DNA from: Neoechinorhynchus agilis
Taxonomy: Eukaryota > Animalia > Acanthocephala
DNA: 64,000 nt
Direction of reading: 5' to 3'
NCBI GenBank assembly: GCA_051530055.1
Contig: CM121341.1
Span: 17,958,784-18,022,783 of the forward strand
Part shown: positions 48,170 through 61,935 of the stretch, piece by piece
How the letters are laid out: each line of letters opens with the position of its first letter
Numbering within the stretch: position 1 is the first letter of the stretch
Translations under genes and position numbers: made by a program
Notes under the pieces: generated by a model
Told to the model about the DNA's origin: nothing
Database searches by the model: none
What the model saw: the letters and a program-made list of their open reading frames with translations, nothing else

Positions 48170-49410
48170 CACGGTTCGAGCTTACATATTCGCTAAGAAA
48201 ACAAAGGGGAATGGTCGATGTTATGTTCTGATTGAATTGTCGATCGCTTTGAACCGATTTAGAGTGATACCATTGTATTATTGTGTAGTCGCAATATTGA
48301 ACTATTCGCCTGTATGGTTCAATATTGCGACTACAGAATAATACAATAGTATCACTCTACATGCGTTCAAACAGATCAATTAAATAATATGAACGAGGTA
48401 CATGTTTTTCTCTTCAGGCATCATTAATTCATCGAGTTACTATTAAAAAACAATAATAAAGCACAAAACGTGCAATCACCACCGTCCGCAAAATCTTAGC
48501 TTCTCTCTTTCCTCGGCTGTCGGCTATCACGCTAGTAGCATTGCCTCGTTGCACTGCGAGCGAGATATATTGTCGCGGGAATACACCTGCTCGTGCGTCG
48601 CCTGTCGTTTCGCTCATTTTCTTCGAGAGATCCTGGAGCAGAGTGAGTGCCGAGCTGCCAAGCGCTCCATACGTCTCTACTCCGAAAGGGACAAAATAGT
48701 GGGCCCTTGCTAAATCCCTATATTTTCGTAACTACCTCCCTTCCGCTGCACTGGCTGCGCGAAAGTGACCGTATAAACTGTGATGCTTTCTCAAAGTGCA
48801 ATTAGGAAATGAACTATTGTTAGATCTGTACCCACTGAAAAGAAACAAATTTCAGCTTCTAATTTCGACTGTACATTCAAATGCTAATAAAACCCTTAAA
48901 CAGTAAGCATCGGCCTCGTGCCACAGCATAGTGAAGACTTGACGCTCTTTTATGCATCTCAGCGGGCACCAAAGAAAATAAAGACAATGAAGTTTTTGCA
49001 GTGGATTTTATGTGAAAGGTTTTCTGAGGTTGAAAATAATTGCACATTTCCATACTCCTTCGACCTTAAAAGACTGGAGAAACATTGAGCATTTCGGAAT
49101 CGATTTGAAAGTTCGTTTTGAGAACGATTGCGTCCAGAAACATTTTCACGGTTCGTACTGAACAGGAAAGAGTCCAAGAGGAATTTCTTGTTTTCGATAA
49201 ATCCGGTTTTCAAAAAACAGCACGTTTTTATTTTAGATTCGAGTGAGTCGATCACAAATTCTCCAAGAACACGGCGAACATTTTATCATAACCAGCAGCT
49301 TCGTCTGATCTCAGAGCAGAATTCCGTTTCGATTTAGATTAGTAATAAACTGACGATTATGAATAAAGACAATCAGTTTACAAACAGTTTTTAAGGGCGT
49401 AGCGAAAAAG
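48170..49410. repeat. Composite dispersed repeat (includes a minus-strand CRE-like 3' fragment); inverted copy at 61135-61935
   Basis: Reverse-complement match by eye along several hundred bp; sub-segments also recur at about 47700-48110 and 51550-51990. Confidence 0.75.
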
Positions 49411-49759
49411 AACGGGGTAGTGAGATTAAAAGGTCCGGCTTGTGCATAATCGACCAAGGAAATGCAATCAGGACGTTAGATGATTATGCGTTTTTCAAGA
49501 CGATAATAACTGTGATTGCAAATTTTCGAATTTAAAAGATAAATGTATCGCAAAATTCGAAAAGCGAAAGACCGAGTTACATTTTTAAAGATTGTTGAAA
49601 TCGTTGTGAATCGATCCGATAACAACGCTTGCTTAATCCATATCCAAAGCGTCGACGTTGTTAAACGACAAAGTCATAACGTGTTCTCTTATTCAATGGA
49701 CATCATTGGATCGAAAGTGATTGTTTGTTACAACGGCACTGGTGAGAGTTTGTAGGTCA

Positions 49760-51560
49760 TGAAATGTGGATTTGCATGACAGAACTTTTCTCAAATCGTT
49801 CTGTCCTCAATTGTGGGAGCGCCGGTAATGAGATCAAGTGCCCGAAAAGATTCTGCGCCCAATGTTACAGCTGTAAGTCACTCATCTTCATGACTGAACG
49901 TTTTTATCTGTCGCAAGAACACTGTTATTGTAGAGGAAGCAACAAACGGTTTGGAATCAGCGCCACCGACAACACCGATGCTGCCCCTCGCTTCGCTCGG
50001 AATGAGGATGCTGGACCACAACTGAAGATGGAAACTTGGCCGCCTAAAACGAACCAAGTTAAGAGAACAACGTAAATGTGATTGTTTCGACTTCATCAGT
50101 GAAGGGTACCACTCGATCGAGCTTCTCAACAGGATTCCGTGAGGTTTGTGATAAACAGGAGTTCTTAGGGTTTGAGGACCCCGTAATTCACGCTGCGACG
50201 GTTCCGGTACACAACCTAAGTCCATTGATGGTCTGCTCTAAAATCTCATCACGGCATCATCGGTACAAAATGAAATTCCATTTGTTGGGAATATAGCGCG
50301 AGTTTTGCTCAGGAACGCACTGGAAAGAATCCAAAGGGACGCGCGATATCAGACCGCAAAGAGATTCACCTCTCTGTTGACAGACTGCATCGAGACTGAC
50401 TCAGAGTTGTCGTGGATGCGTCTCTTTGCGTTCCCTAGACTTGTGTTTTCCGCTGGTGATATTTCTTAGGGATCTCTGACCACAAAAATAAGAGAGGGAA
50501 TAAGTTCTTTTGGCGAAAATTTCACTAAATGTCTTTCAACAGCAAGTGAGCTACGTAAGGAGCGTGCGCAGAAACTTGAACAACGCCTAAACTCAAATCG
50601 GTCGATTGGTGAACGCGTTTCCTCGCAGCTCGCAGACGGAGAAGATTTTCAGAACCTGGTCCCCGGGATAGAATTGATCACTCTAGACCGGTTGAGTATT
50701 CTAGGAAGCTGCATTTTTGGTTCTAATGTTAAAGCAGAGATTGCCAATCTTCAACCGCAACTTTCGGTGCTATGCGAACGAGTTGATGAATTATCTTCAC
50801 GCAAGGTTCTGTTCCTGATCAAGAACACTCTTTTCATTCCGAAATCGCTATATAAGCTGCGCACAGCACCTTTTTTAGACACAAGGATAAGCTGGTAAAA
50901 TTAGACGAGACGGTGAAAGCCTCTCTCGAGAAAATTTTAAATACTCAGCTGTCGGACGAGGCCTAGCGTCAAACGTCCTTGCTTGTGTCGTCGGGCGGTT
51001 TGGGTATCCGAAAAGCAGCCGATATTTCTCTGCCAGCTTATTTGGGTTCGTATGAAGCAAGTCACAAAATGAAGATTTCGTGGAGGCACTTAATCTTTGG
51101 TGTGGAGATTCAAGCAGCGAGCAGGTACCCGTCAATCGTTGCAAACAATCAGTTTGGACTCACCCACTGTAGCGAGAATTCACAACTCTTTAATTTCGGA
51201 TTCTTGTGACCTGGTGAACCGAACTCGATTGGCGGCTGTCTCTACAAGAGAATCATGTGCTTTTGCTCAACACTATCCCAATCGCTTCTGTGGGTACCCT
51301 TCTCTCCGACGAGACGGTAAGGATTGCGGTGTCCCTGAGACTTGGGTTACCGATGTGCACATCCCATCGCTGCCGTTGCGGAGCGATCGTGGAAGCGTCG
51401 GGACCCCTTGGTCTCGTCTGCCGGCAATCAGGCGAAAGCTACTCACGACACGCCGAAGTGAACGAAATTATTAGTCGTGCCCTGAATACTGTGAATGCGC
51501 CAAACATCCTATAGCCGAGCAATCTTTGCCGACTCGATGGAAAAGTTTAGCCAACTGAAT
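49760..51560 (+). mobile_element. Decayed CRE-like RLE retrotransposon with internal deletion
   Basis: LSILGSCIF, LFLIKNTLFIPK, SSGGLGIRKAADISLPAYLGS, AVSLRLGLPMCTSHRCRCG, RHAEVNEIISRAL; same family as 26646-28190. Confidence 0.8.
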
Positions 51561-52399
51561 ACCAATTCTATGAAGAAAAAAACGCGCTAAGAGAAAGTTT
51601 GAAAGTCGAAACCATTACTGGAATTATTGACGTTTCGAACCTCGTAGGGTCCATCATCAGTTTTTTTGCAAGTTTTTCAACTGCCAAATCACTTTTGAAC
51701 GAACTAATTTCAATTTAATTTTTACTTATGAAACAATCACTGTAAAAGAGTGAATAAAATGTTAAAGATTTCAACGTTCATTTCAACTTTAGGTTAAAGT
51801 CTTGTTTCGACTTCCGACGATGACGCACTATTGGAAAAAGTTTCAACCTTTATAGCGTGCGCATTCCGAAATTGTGGCTTTAAGGTCATAGCGTGCATTT
51901 AAGTGGGAATAAAACACTTTAACAGTAAGCGCCGGCCGATGCTATTTTATGCATCTCAGAGGGCACCACAGAAAATGCAAATGAGGAAGTTTTGTGATTG
52001 ATTTTAAATGTGCAATGTTTTTGGAGGGTACTCAACTCTCTGTAGTGACGTATAAGTACAAATTTTAGTATCAGTTCTCCTTTTGAAGGTAAAGATGACT
52101 AAGTGTTGTTTTTCAAAATCGTCTTTTATAATTAAATTTCCGATCAGATGAATGAACTGTGAATAATTGATGGAAAACTACGAATTGCCGAGACTCCGAA
52201 CATCAACTGGTTGATGGATTGAAAAATTAGACTTGGATTTGATTAGGTTTAAAAGAAACGAGCTGTATTACAGTCGTTCAGATTTGTTGGTCTTAATGAA
52301 CATCACATTATCAATCTATGTGCAAACGATACTTGTGATCGATTTATGAATTTAAAATTAATCCTTCCTAACACGTCTAAACAATGCTACGGAGTGCCG

Positions 52400-53520
52400 T
52401 CCAATCAGACGTTATTACTAAAGTTGAAATCTAATAACGAGTGACACCAAGAATCGTTGTGAACAACAGAAAATGATATTAACCACCCAGAAAAACCTTC
52501 GGAATAAAGTTGTTGTGATCATAATCCCGGATACTTCAGACCTGTTCCTATTTCGGTTTAAACGCGTAGCAGATCCACTGCTTGGCCTCTTTCTTGTCTT
52601 CACAATCGCCAACAATACATTCATTGCCGGGCTACCTTTTCGATCACCTTATCCCTCACCAAAGGCGTCCCTCAAGGTATCGTTCTGTCACCACTTCTTT
52701 TTTAATATTTTCGTCAACGAATATAAACCTCTCTTTTCTTACTCTAAATTTCGCTTATATGCCGATGATTTCACCTTCAGCACAAAATCACCCTTCCACC
52801 GCTCACTATCCTTAACCTCTAACGAGATCACATACATCTAAGATTTCTGCACCAATCACAAATTCTATCTGAACTTCTACAAATGTTTCGCCCGTTGTTA
52901 AAAAAAGGAATCTGACACTTCACCTCCCTGCATCAAAATTCTGGGTTTACAATTTCAATCAAATCTTAAATGGAATTTGCACATTACACTTTCCCTCAAA
53001 CGCAATGCCTTTAAAGTTTACCACCCCAAGCGCCTCCGCAATTTAGGAGTCCCTTCTCCCGATCTCTCAAATTTGCTACAACTTTATCCAACCATCCCTC
53101 GCTTACGATTATTCCGTCTTTTGCAACCTATCCAAATCTTAAATTCGTCTTCTTGAAATGTTTCAAAAAAGATCCTCTAAAATTTGCACAATTATTTTCC
53201 CCGCTCATTGAATGCATTTATACATTTTTCAAGAAACAATCAAAACGCCTCTCATCCCTACCACAATAATTTTTATCGCACTTTATTCACTTTTTCACAA
53301 GAGCACAACACTCTCAATTCCTTTAATCCGCCTTTATCTCGCACCTCCCCCTTCCACCGCTTCTTTTTCCCCACTGCCCAATCTTCTCGGATATCATGAC
53401 TCTAAATGAACCGGAGCAAAGGTAGAACCTAGTTAACTCCCCTACAAACAATAACCACCAACTTTCACACCCAAGCGAACCCGTCATCCACTCCAAAATA
53501 AACAACCACATTCAAGAAAT
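52400..53520 (+). mobile_element. CR1/L2-like LINE RT 3' part
   Basis: GVPQG..LSPLLF, FRLYADDFT, IKILGLQFQSNLKWNLHI, then a 3' UTR shared with 31735-32190. Confidence 0.8.
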
Positions 53521-54539
53521 GAGTGAGAGCATCCATGGGAATGGTTTTTGATTGTGGAGATGGCATTACCTACGAGTCATCTCGTTAAGGATCGATATCG
53601 CCGGTCAAGACATTAAGAGATTTGACTCCTTTTCTGTTGAGCTACTTCAATCGTGGTGTTATTCGTTCAATCATTCTGCAGATTTTGAAACTGCTCGAAA
53701 GTTTAAAGAAAACTTTAGATGATGACCTCAGTGTTGAAAATAAATTAGCAGACGAAACGAGGGTCTTGAACAAACTTTTTTTGACAGTTTACCGGGAATG
53801 TACAGTTCATGCGATTCCATCAGAATCGGTTTCCTAGCATTCTAACGCAAGCGATATCAGATTTCCTGTGAGTGGTTCCGGGTTCCAAAAGTATTGTTTA
53901 AACCGCATATCATAAACACCGAAAGTCCAGCAATCAACAAGCTCATCTTCGAAAAAATCATGGAATCTTCGATCGACGTTCGATCGTCGTTTTTGAAGCG
54001 GAGTGTCCTCAGTGGAGTCCATTATGTTTCCGAAACTTTCCTCAAAATAGGAGCAGGAGCTCAGAGGACTTAATCTTAAGAATATTTTAAAATGAGACGA
54101 ATGTCGCTTGTCGCTGAGTACTCATGTTTATGTGTTTCTCTCCTCTAACATTTAAAGTCGATTGGAGATGTGAAATGAAAGATCCTCCTCGACGAAGATC
54201 GTTCATTTCATGTCCCAGAAACAAAATAAGCCTCGGATAGCTTCAGTTTTGAAGATTTCCTGTCATAGTCCTGCATTTACATATGATCGAATATTTTCTT
54301 TTATTACATTAAGCCAAACTGCTCAGGAAGCGCAGTCTGCCGTCCTCGAAGGCCGAAGCCAATCAAGAGACTCGATCACCTTCGGGAACAGGCCGAAACC
54401 ATCCCTGCATCACCGTCGACAGACCCGCCACTCCTCATCCTCGCAGATTGTGGCTTGCTTTCTGTTGGTGCAGAAAGTTGAGATTCAAACTACAGAAATG
54501 ATCGCTATAAGTATGATCTCGAGCTTTCTTAAAAAAATA

Positions 54540-56570
54540 TCTCGTCTTGTCCTACAACGTCTCTAGGAAAAGAAACTTCTTTTACACCCAACGCTCTTTC
54601 ACTCGGATGCTCCCCAACGCTACATGTGTACGTCCTTCTTTATTACGGTTTACCGAAGATATTATTTGTATACAAGGGGCCATAAAGGCAACAGTAGGTT
54701 TTTATGTTTTACCACAAAAGTTTACATTTGAATACGATGTATTCTCAACATTTCCCTGGAGTGCACATTCAAGTGGTCTCTTAGCAATTTTCAAAAAACA
54801 CCTTTCAGCCTCGCTTAAGCAAAATTATATGAGTGAAAATCTATCATATGCTATCTTCAAAATTCACTCTAATGGGAAGGAGTTAATGTTAGTTGGAAAT
54901 GTTTATGTACGTCCGAAGTTCATACATAAAAAGGATACGAAGGACATTATTGGTAGCCTTCTAAGTTTAGGCAATATCGCTTTATTTGGCGATTTTAATG
55001 ACCCGTCAGGAAAATGGACGAAAGGAATAGCCAATAAAGAAAGCACTCATGTGTTTTTAACTCCCACTCAACCCACATTTCACAGGGTATCAAGTAATGT
55101 TCATTCTTGGTTGGATGGATGCTATGCTCCTTCCAACAGATAAAGTAGCATCACGGTTGTGAAACAGTGTGCTTTATCGGAAGCATGCTATCACGATATC
55201 ATAACCTGGTATTTATCAAACGACAAGTCCCTAACTCGTAGATTCCGATTTTCGCCAATTAACGTAGCCTTTTTTAACTTCGCCATCAAAAGTTCTCTTT
55301 TCGTATATCTGAGTTTCTATGACTGGAATTCTTTACTTTTCAATCTTTCAAATAACTGTCTATCTATCCACAATCATTCATCAAGAAGAGCAGTTGTCTC
55401 TAATTATCTGAGGTACTGCGCATCTCAAATTAAAATAGCCAATATAAACCAGGATGCCCCAATGCAGAGACTGCGGTCAAACAAATATTGGACTTGCAAT
55501 TGCAATCTACATTTGAAGCAGCATCGTAAAGTAATGAGGAATCTATCTTTATCGATGAAATCTTTTTGGTGCATCCTAAAGAACACGAAATTTATCAAAT
55601 GGAAAGACAAAGCGTTGAGATGGATCAGGTCACGCCTTAGTATCTCTTTACGAGAAGGCTATTGCCACCCGTTTAATGGACTTCTGTATTAAAAAGGATA
55701 TTATCAACCATAACTGTCATGGTTTTTACCAAGGGAAATCTGTTACCTCAGCAACCAGAAATATATAATTCCCTTAGGAACGAAAATTTTAGGTATCGAT
55801 GCCTTATTTCATTTGATTTCACTGCAGCATATGACAATATTGATCTGCAATTTTTACTAAGTTATATGGTCCTTCTTAATATTCCACAAGATATCATAGT
55901 ACGCATCCAAACTATTTTAGCGACTAAGTCCTTTTATTTCGGCGACGATGATGATCACAAAATATTCTACCCGAAAAAAGGCCTACCTCAAGGTTCTCCA
56001 CTATCCCCTATTTTATTTCTGATTGCCATGCAACTAATGGCATATTTTAATAAGGATGGTTTTAAGATTTTTATATACGCTGACGATATAAGTGCAGTAT
56101 TATATATCAACAACTCATGGGAATTACCTATTATACTAAACGAGCTTGTTATTTTTATCAATAAAAATGCATCAGTGATGGGTCTTAAACTGAACCCGGA
56201 TAAAACTAAAATCATTGCTGTAGCAGGTAGCAATTACGTAAACAAAAAGCTTAATTCAATAATCAGAACTAGATTTTTATTTTATCAAAACAACATTGTC
56301 GGTCATTTACATTTTAATAAAATCAAAATTTTGGGCAACAATTTTAACTCAAAATTAAACGAAAAATTAGATCTGACACAATTTAAAAAGATCTTAAAAA
56401 TTGCCAAACGTTGCTGTACAAGAGCGTTGAGGCTTCAACTGAGTTATAAAAGACAATATTGTATTTGGAAAACATGGGCAATTGCGGCCTTAACCTTTTT
56501 AGTCGCGGTCGTCCACCCGAACAGCGGCCTATATTCGGTGAGGCCCTTCTACAAAATGCGTCCTTTTTAA
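54540..56570 (+). mobile_element. Decayed LINE (APE + RT), truncated by a Penelope insertion
   Basis: APE-like VGNVYVRP, LFGDFND, WLDGCY; RT LISFDFTAAYDNID, GLPQGSPLSPILF, FIYADDI, LKLNPDKT. Confidence 0.8.
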
Positions 56571-56574
56571 GACA

Positions 56575-57445
56575 AAAAGAGAAGATGGAACTGGTCAGGA
56601 GGATGAATTATTGGTTGCAAGTATTATAAACAAACGAAAAACATAACTTCCATGTGTGACAATTAACCGCTCTCACGTGTGTGCGAACAACTGATGATTC
56701 GTGCTTTTTCATCCGTCGGGTAAAATTGCTGGTCTGCCCCACATAGACCTGTTCGCAACCGGAGCACGGAATTTTGTAGACCGCACCAGATGACTGTTGG
56801 CCATTCTTGGGACATATCAATCCGTGTAGATTGCGTTCCCTCTTTGTGTATACATTTACTCTCTTGACCTCACATCCTGATTTTATGGTGCGCTCCATAG
56901 CAAGATACGAATGATCATCAGGGAATGGCAGTTCAACGTAGATCTCTTCCTTTTTAGACTTTGTCTCCCCATTGAAGGTATGACGCACATTCCGAATGCA
57001 TCGTTCGACAAGATGGAGAGGATAACCATATCGGCCTGACATGTACTTTAGGTAATCAATCTCCTCGTTACACAACTTAGCGTTGCTACAATGTGTAAGA
57101 GCACGGTGGATGAGTGACCTAATCCTCGAAATTTTTTGTATTTGCGAGGTTGGGCTGATGTCCATGGCACAAGGCCCACTGGTATACCTCTCTTTCGGTA
57201 CACTATGGTCGTGTAGTTTCCACTGGCTAATCGGTATATCCACACATCCAGGAACCCTTCCATTCAGTTCATGTTTAAGGCGATCCATATTAGTCTCTGA
57301 AGGGTCGATCAACAGGAACGTGTCGTCAACATATCTGAACCAGATATTCACCCCTGCATCGACGACAAATGTTCGTCCTCCCAGTGCCGCATATATAGCT
57401 CAACAAGCACAGGAGCTAACGGGCTGCCCAAACTCAGGAAAAATC
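56575..57445 (-). mobile_element. Penelope-like element fragment (RT thumb + GIY-YIG)
   Basis: WFRYVDDTFLL, RSLIHRALTHCS, YGYP, VYKIPCSGCEQVYVGQTSNFTRRMKKH. Confidence 0.85.
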
Positions 57446-57468
57446 TAGTATTTGTATTACTCGGCGAC

Positions 57469-58052
57469 GTGCAACTCGCTTATTTTAAAGCTCGTGGACG
57501 TGCCGAGATTACACGATTTATTTTGGCTGCTGCTAGTGTCAAATATAACGACAATCAAATCGCTCATAAAGCTTGGGTCGCTTTAAAACCTAAAACACCG
57601 CTTGGTCAGCTCCCAGTAGTCGAACGTGATGATGATAATATAATAATTCCTCAAAATCTTGCAATAGCGAGATACTTTGCGCGAAAACATGGTCTAGCCG
57701 GTGATCGTGATCTCGAATCTGCAATGATTAATTCCGTCGTGGACACTGCCTTGGATGGAAACATTGTATGCCTACCGATCTTATATCGCTTACAGGGAGC
57801 GTCAAAAGAAATTCACTGAAGAAACAATGCCACAAACATTGCAAAGATTGTGCAAACTTAAGGATATGTTCGGGACAGAAGGTTATATGGTAGGCAATGC
57901 ATTATCATGTGCGGATCTTTGTCTTCGATTTCCTACGGAATATCGAACTGTTCTATCCAAGTGTCTACGAAAAATATCCGAAACTCGCAGTTGCTCGTGA
58001 TTCGGTTTTAGCAAATAAGGATGTGGCAGATTACGTAACGAAGAGAAAATAA
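57469..58052 (+). pseudogene. Sigma-like glutathione S-transferase, two apparent frameshifts and no start codon
   Basis: LAYFKARGRAEITRFILA, KTPLGQLPVV, PQNLAIARYFARKHGLAG, then in other frames YMVGNALSCADL and YPKLAVARDSVLANKDVADYVTKRK*. Abuts the Penelope fragment at its 5' end. Confidence 0.75.
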
Positions 58053-58259
58053 AGGTTTTTTAGTGAGCGAAAAGGCAATGAGCAAGAAGGCAGATTCGAT
58101 AGGTTGTTCTTATTACTCATTTGACTTTAAAAATAGAAACCAATGAAAGGCTCTTGCCAGGTAAATATGCTGCTGGCACCATTTACCTACAAAAGTACCG
58201 TAGTATTATGATTTCACTAGACTCAATTTTTTTCTTTTACGCCAAGCAAGAGTCATAAA

Positions 58260-58439
58260 ATGGGTTCAGGCAGAAGTAGAAGAAGACGGTATTCGGATGT
58301 ATACTATGCACAAGATTACTATCCCCCACCGATGTATCCTCCACCAATCTATCCTCCACCGATGTATCCTCCACCGCGACCACCACGGCAATCAGGACCA
58401 ATAATTATCTTCACCCCAAACTGTCCAGGTTTCTTTTGA
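58260..58439 (+). CDS. Small hypothetical Pro/Tyr-rich protein (59 aa; below the ORF-track cutoff)
   Basis: MGSGRSRRRRYSDVYYAQDYYPPPMYPPPIYPPPMYPPPRPPRQSGPIIIFTPNCPGFF*; preceded by a plausible 5' UTR GT-AG intron (about 58161-58220). Confidence 0.55.
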   Translation: MGSGRSRRRRYSDVYYAQDYYPPPMYPPPIYPPPMYPPPRPPRQSGPIIIFTPNCPGFF

Positions 58440-59019
58440 ACAAAGTTATATTTATAAAGAATACAGGAAAAACAGAGCTAATTTAGCGCATAATTATATG
58501 AGTGGTTGAATTTTGCTGGACTAACGAAGCTTTCATTCTTGCTACTCTTTAAAAAGCAATTGAGATATAAAATAAACTGTTTGGTCCAATTTTCGTCCGA
58601 TCAAAATGTGAGAAAGTCGATATTCGAATCGATCACAAATATGTGCATATATTGAAGTTTAAGAAAAATGAGACGAAGGTTCACCTACAAACCTCTTTGA
58701 TGAACTTTAGTTGTGTAAATCATTTAAACCTTTGTAGTGTATCACTGTTTTAACATTAAAATTATTTAATTAAAAGCGAACATTTCAATTAAATATGTTT
58801 CATCCGGGATTATGATCACCATAGCTCCATTCTACAATTCGTTTATCTTTTAAATTCGAAAACCTGTAATCACAGTTATCATCATCCTGAAAAATGCGCG
58901 TTCGCTTAACGTCCTGATTACAAATTCGACCGGTCGATTATGCACAAACTGGGCTATTTAATCCCATTACCCTGTTCTTTTTCAACAACAAAATTTCTTT
59001 GAACTATTCTCTCACTTGA

Positions 59020-61135
59020 GAGGTCGTTCTTTTCAGCATTGTCGGTTTTCGTTTTTGTTCTTCTCCTTTCCCTGCGCCTTAAAATCACCGCTCACACTGT
59101 CCTCCCACCTCTTCTTGGGCCTCCCTCTTCTCCTTTTCCCCTCGAGCTAGATTCTCCATGCGCTCTTTATCCAGGCGTCTTCGTCTGCTTGTGTCACCCC
59201 CAGGTACCATCGCATCCGCCTCTTAGCGATTGCCTCCTCGATCGGCTCGACAACAAACAACTTTCGCACCTCCTCATTGGGCATTCGATCCTTGCGTGTC
59301 AATCGTGCGGACCTTCTCAGCATCCGCATTTCGTTTACGGCTAATCGTTGAACGTCTTCCTTCTTCGTAGCCCACGTCTCTGCTCCGTAGAGCATGGCGG
59401 GTCGCACTACTGCCTTGTACACCCGCCCTTTAAGCTTGTTCGGGAGACGCTTATCGCAAGGGATGCCTGTTGCCTTCCTCTAGTTGTTCCACCCGCATTG
59501 AACTCTTCGTCCGATCTCTGGTGCGAGCTCACATTGCATGTTATACATGCTGCCCAAATATTTGAAAGTGTTCATCTTTTCGATCTGAGTTCCTTGCATA
59601 TCGAGGTTACTCGGCCCAATATATTTCATTTGGCACCTGCTCACTCTCAATCCATTGCTCTCTAATCGCTGTCGCCAACTCTCCAGCAAATTCCTGAGCG
59701 TGTCCACGTCCCTAGCTGTGAGCACCAAATCGTCCGGCGATCGTGAACAAGAATGGGTTCAGAGCCGAACCCTGTTGCAGACCTACGGAGACTCGGAAAT
59801 AGTCGGTCGTTCCGCCGTGGCATCGCATGCAGGTGTAGCATTCTCAATACATCTGCCTACACCAGATCTCGAGGGACAGTGTCGTACGTCCCCTCCAAAT
59901 CGACGAGCACACTGTGCAACGGGCACTGCATCTTACTGAACCTCTCATACAGTTGCCTTAGCACGAATATTGCGCCGATTGCGCTTCTGCCGGGCATGAA
60001 TCCTCGTTGGTCCTCGCTGATTCGGATCTCCTCCCTAATCCTGTGATCGATCATTCGTTCCCACAGTTTCATTGTGTGAGACATGAGTTTGATGCCGCGG
60101 TAGCTCCTACACTGCAGAACATCTCCTTTGCCCCCGTGAGCAACTTTATTCCGAAGACTCCCAGGGATTGCCACGGTTCGATCGGAATGTTATCTGGACC
60201 GGCGCTCCTACCAGTCTTCATTTTCCTGAGCTGTGTAGCCACCTCATCGTACGAGTACGGCCTCGTCATATTGACATTCGGGTGTACGTCATCTAGAGGC
60301 AATCTGTCATTCTCAGTGTTCAGCAGAGCGCTGAAATATTCCTTCCACCTTTCCAAAATGTCCTTGCATTGGTCCAGCATCTTTACGTGGCTATCACTGA
60401 TCATTTTAAGATGCACGATATCCCACGATTTTTTATCCCTGACTTTGGCCAACCTGAAGACCATATCTCTACAACTCAATCGCTGTAATTGCTCGTACAG
60501 ATCGTTATCGGCTTCCCTCTTGGCTTTGGCGCATTCTCGTGCGGCCTTCCTTTTTGCCTGTTTGTAAGCGTATGCATTCGAGGCCGAAGCGTCAAAATCC
60601 AATCTTTTCCTGGCTGGCGTTTTCAGACTTGGATTCCACCACCATGCATCTTTGTTTTGATGTGGAGGTTTCCCGATGTCATTCCTAGGATGTTCTTTGC
60701 TTGTCTCATTCCACCAGCGTTCCAGTTCAACCACATTCTCGCTCAATTTCTGGGTGAGCACCATTTTCATCTTTTCCTTGAGTATAGGATCCTTTAGCCT
60801 CTACCACTTGATTTTCGGCACAATGCTCGTTGTCGGCTGTTTGGCTTTCCCTCGTATATTGAGGTCCATCACGAGCACTCTATATTGCGTGGTGCACTCC
60901 TCCCCTAGTATTATGTTCACATTCTGAACATCACCCCATCTCCCTATCGGATACAAAATGAAATCGATTTAGCTCGATCTTCCACCGCTCGAGTATGTGT
61001 AAAGGTGCCGTGGGTCTTTTTTGAAGTATGTATTGGAAATACGCAACTCCAACGCTGCTGCGTAATCCAATAGTCTTATACCCTTGGCGTTCCATGATCC
61101 TACACTGTGTCCTCCATGAATTCGTTCTTATCCAT
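59020..61135 (-). mobile_element. RTE-clade LINE (APE C-half + RT), decayed
   Basis: LRISNTYFKK, SAGPDNIP, GDVLQCRSYRGIKLMSHTMKLWERMIDHRIR, QRGFMPGRS, FKYLGS, YKAVVRPAMLYGAETW, RRMRWY. Confidence 0.9.
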
Positions 61136-61935
61136 CTTTTCGCTACGCCCTTAAAAATCGTTTGTAAACTGATTGTCTTTATTAATGATCGTCAGTTTAT
61201 TATTAACCTAAATCGAAACGGAACTCTGCTCTAAGATCAGACGAAACTGGTGGCTATGATAACATGTTCGCCGTGTTCTTGGAGAATTCGTGATCGACTC
61301 ACTCGAATAACTGTATTTATCGAAAACAAAATTCCTCTCGGACTCTTTCCTGTTCAGTACGAACCGTGAAAATGTTTCTGGACGCAATCGTTCTCAAAAC
61401 AAACTTTCAAATCGATTCCAAAATGCTCAACGTTTCGCCAGTCTTTTAAGGTCGAAGGAGTATTATTTTGAACCTCAGAAAACCTTTCACATGTAAAATC
61501 CACTGCAAAACTTCATTGTCTTTATTTTCTTTGGTGCCCGCTGAGATGCATAAAAGAGCGTCAAGTCTTCATTATGCTGTGGCACGAGGGCGATGCTTAC
61601 TGTTTAAGGGTTTTATTCGCATTTGAATGTACAGCCGAAATTAGAAGCTGAAATTGGTTTCTTTTCAGTGAGTACAGATCTAACAATATTTTATTTCCTA
61701 ATTGCACTTTGAGAAAGCACCACAGTTTACACGGTCACTTTCGTGCAGCCAGTGCAGCGGAAGGGAGGAAGTTACGAAAATATAGGGATTTAGCAAGGGC
61801 CCACTATTTTGTTCCGGCGAATAGTTCAATATTGCGACTACACAATAATACAATGGTATCACTCTAAATCGGTTCAAAGCGATCGACAATTCAATCAGAA
61901 CATAACATCGACCATTCCCCTTTGTCCTTATTGAG
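61135..61935. repeat. Inverted copy of the composite repeat at 48170-49410
   Basis: Reverse-complement identity by eye; lacks most of the CRE 3' segment present in the left copy. Confidence 0.75.
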
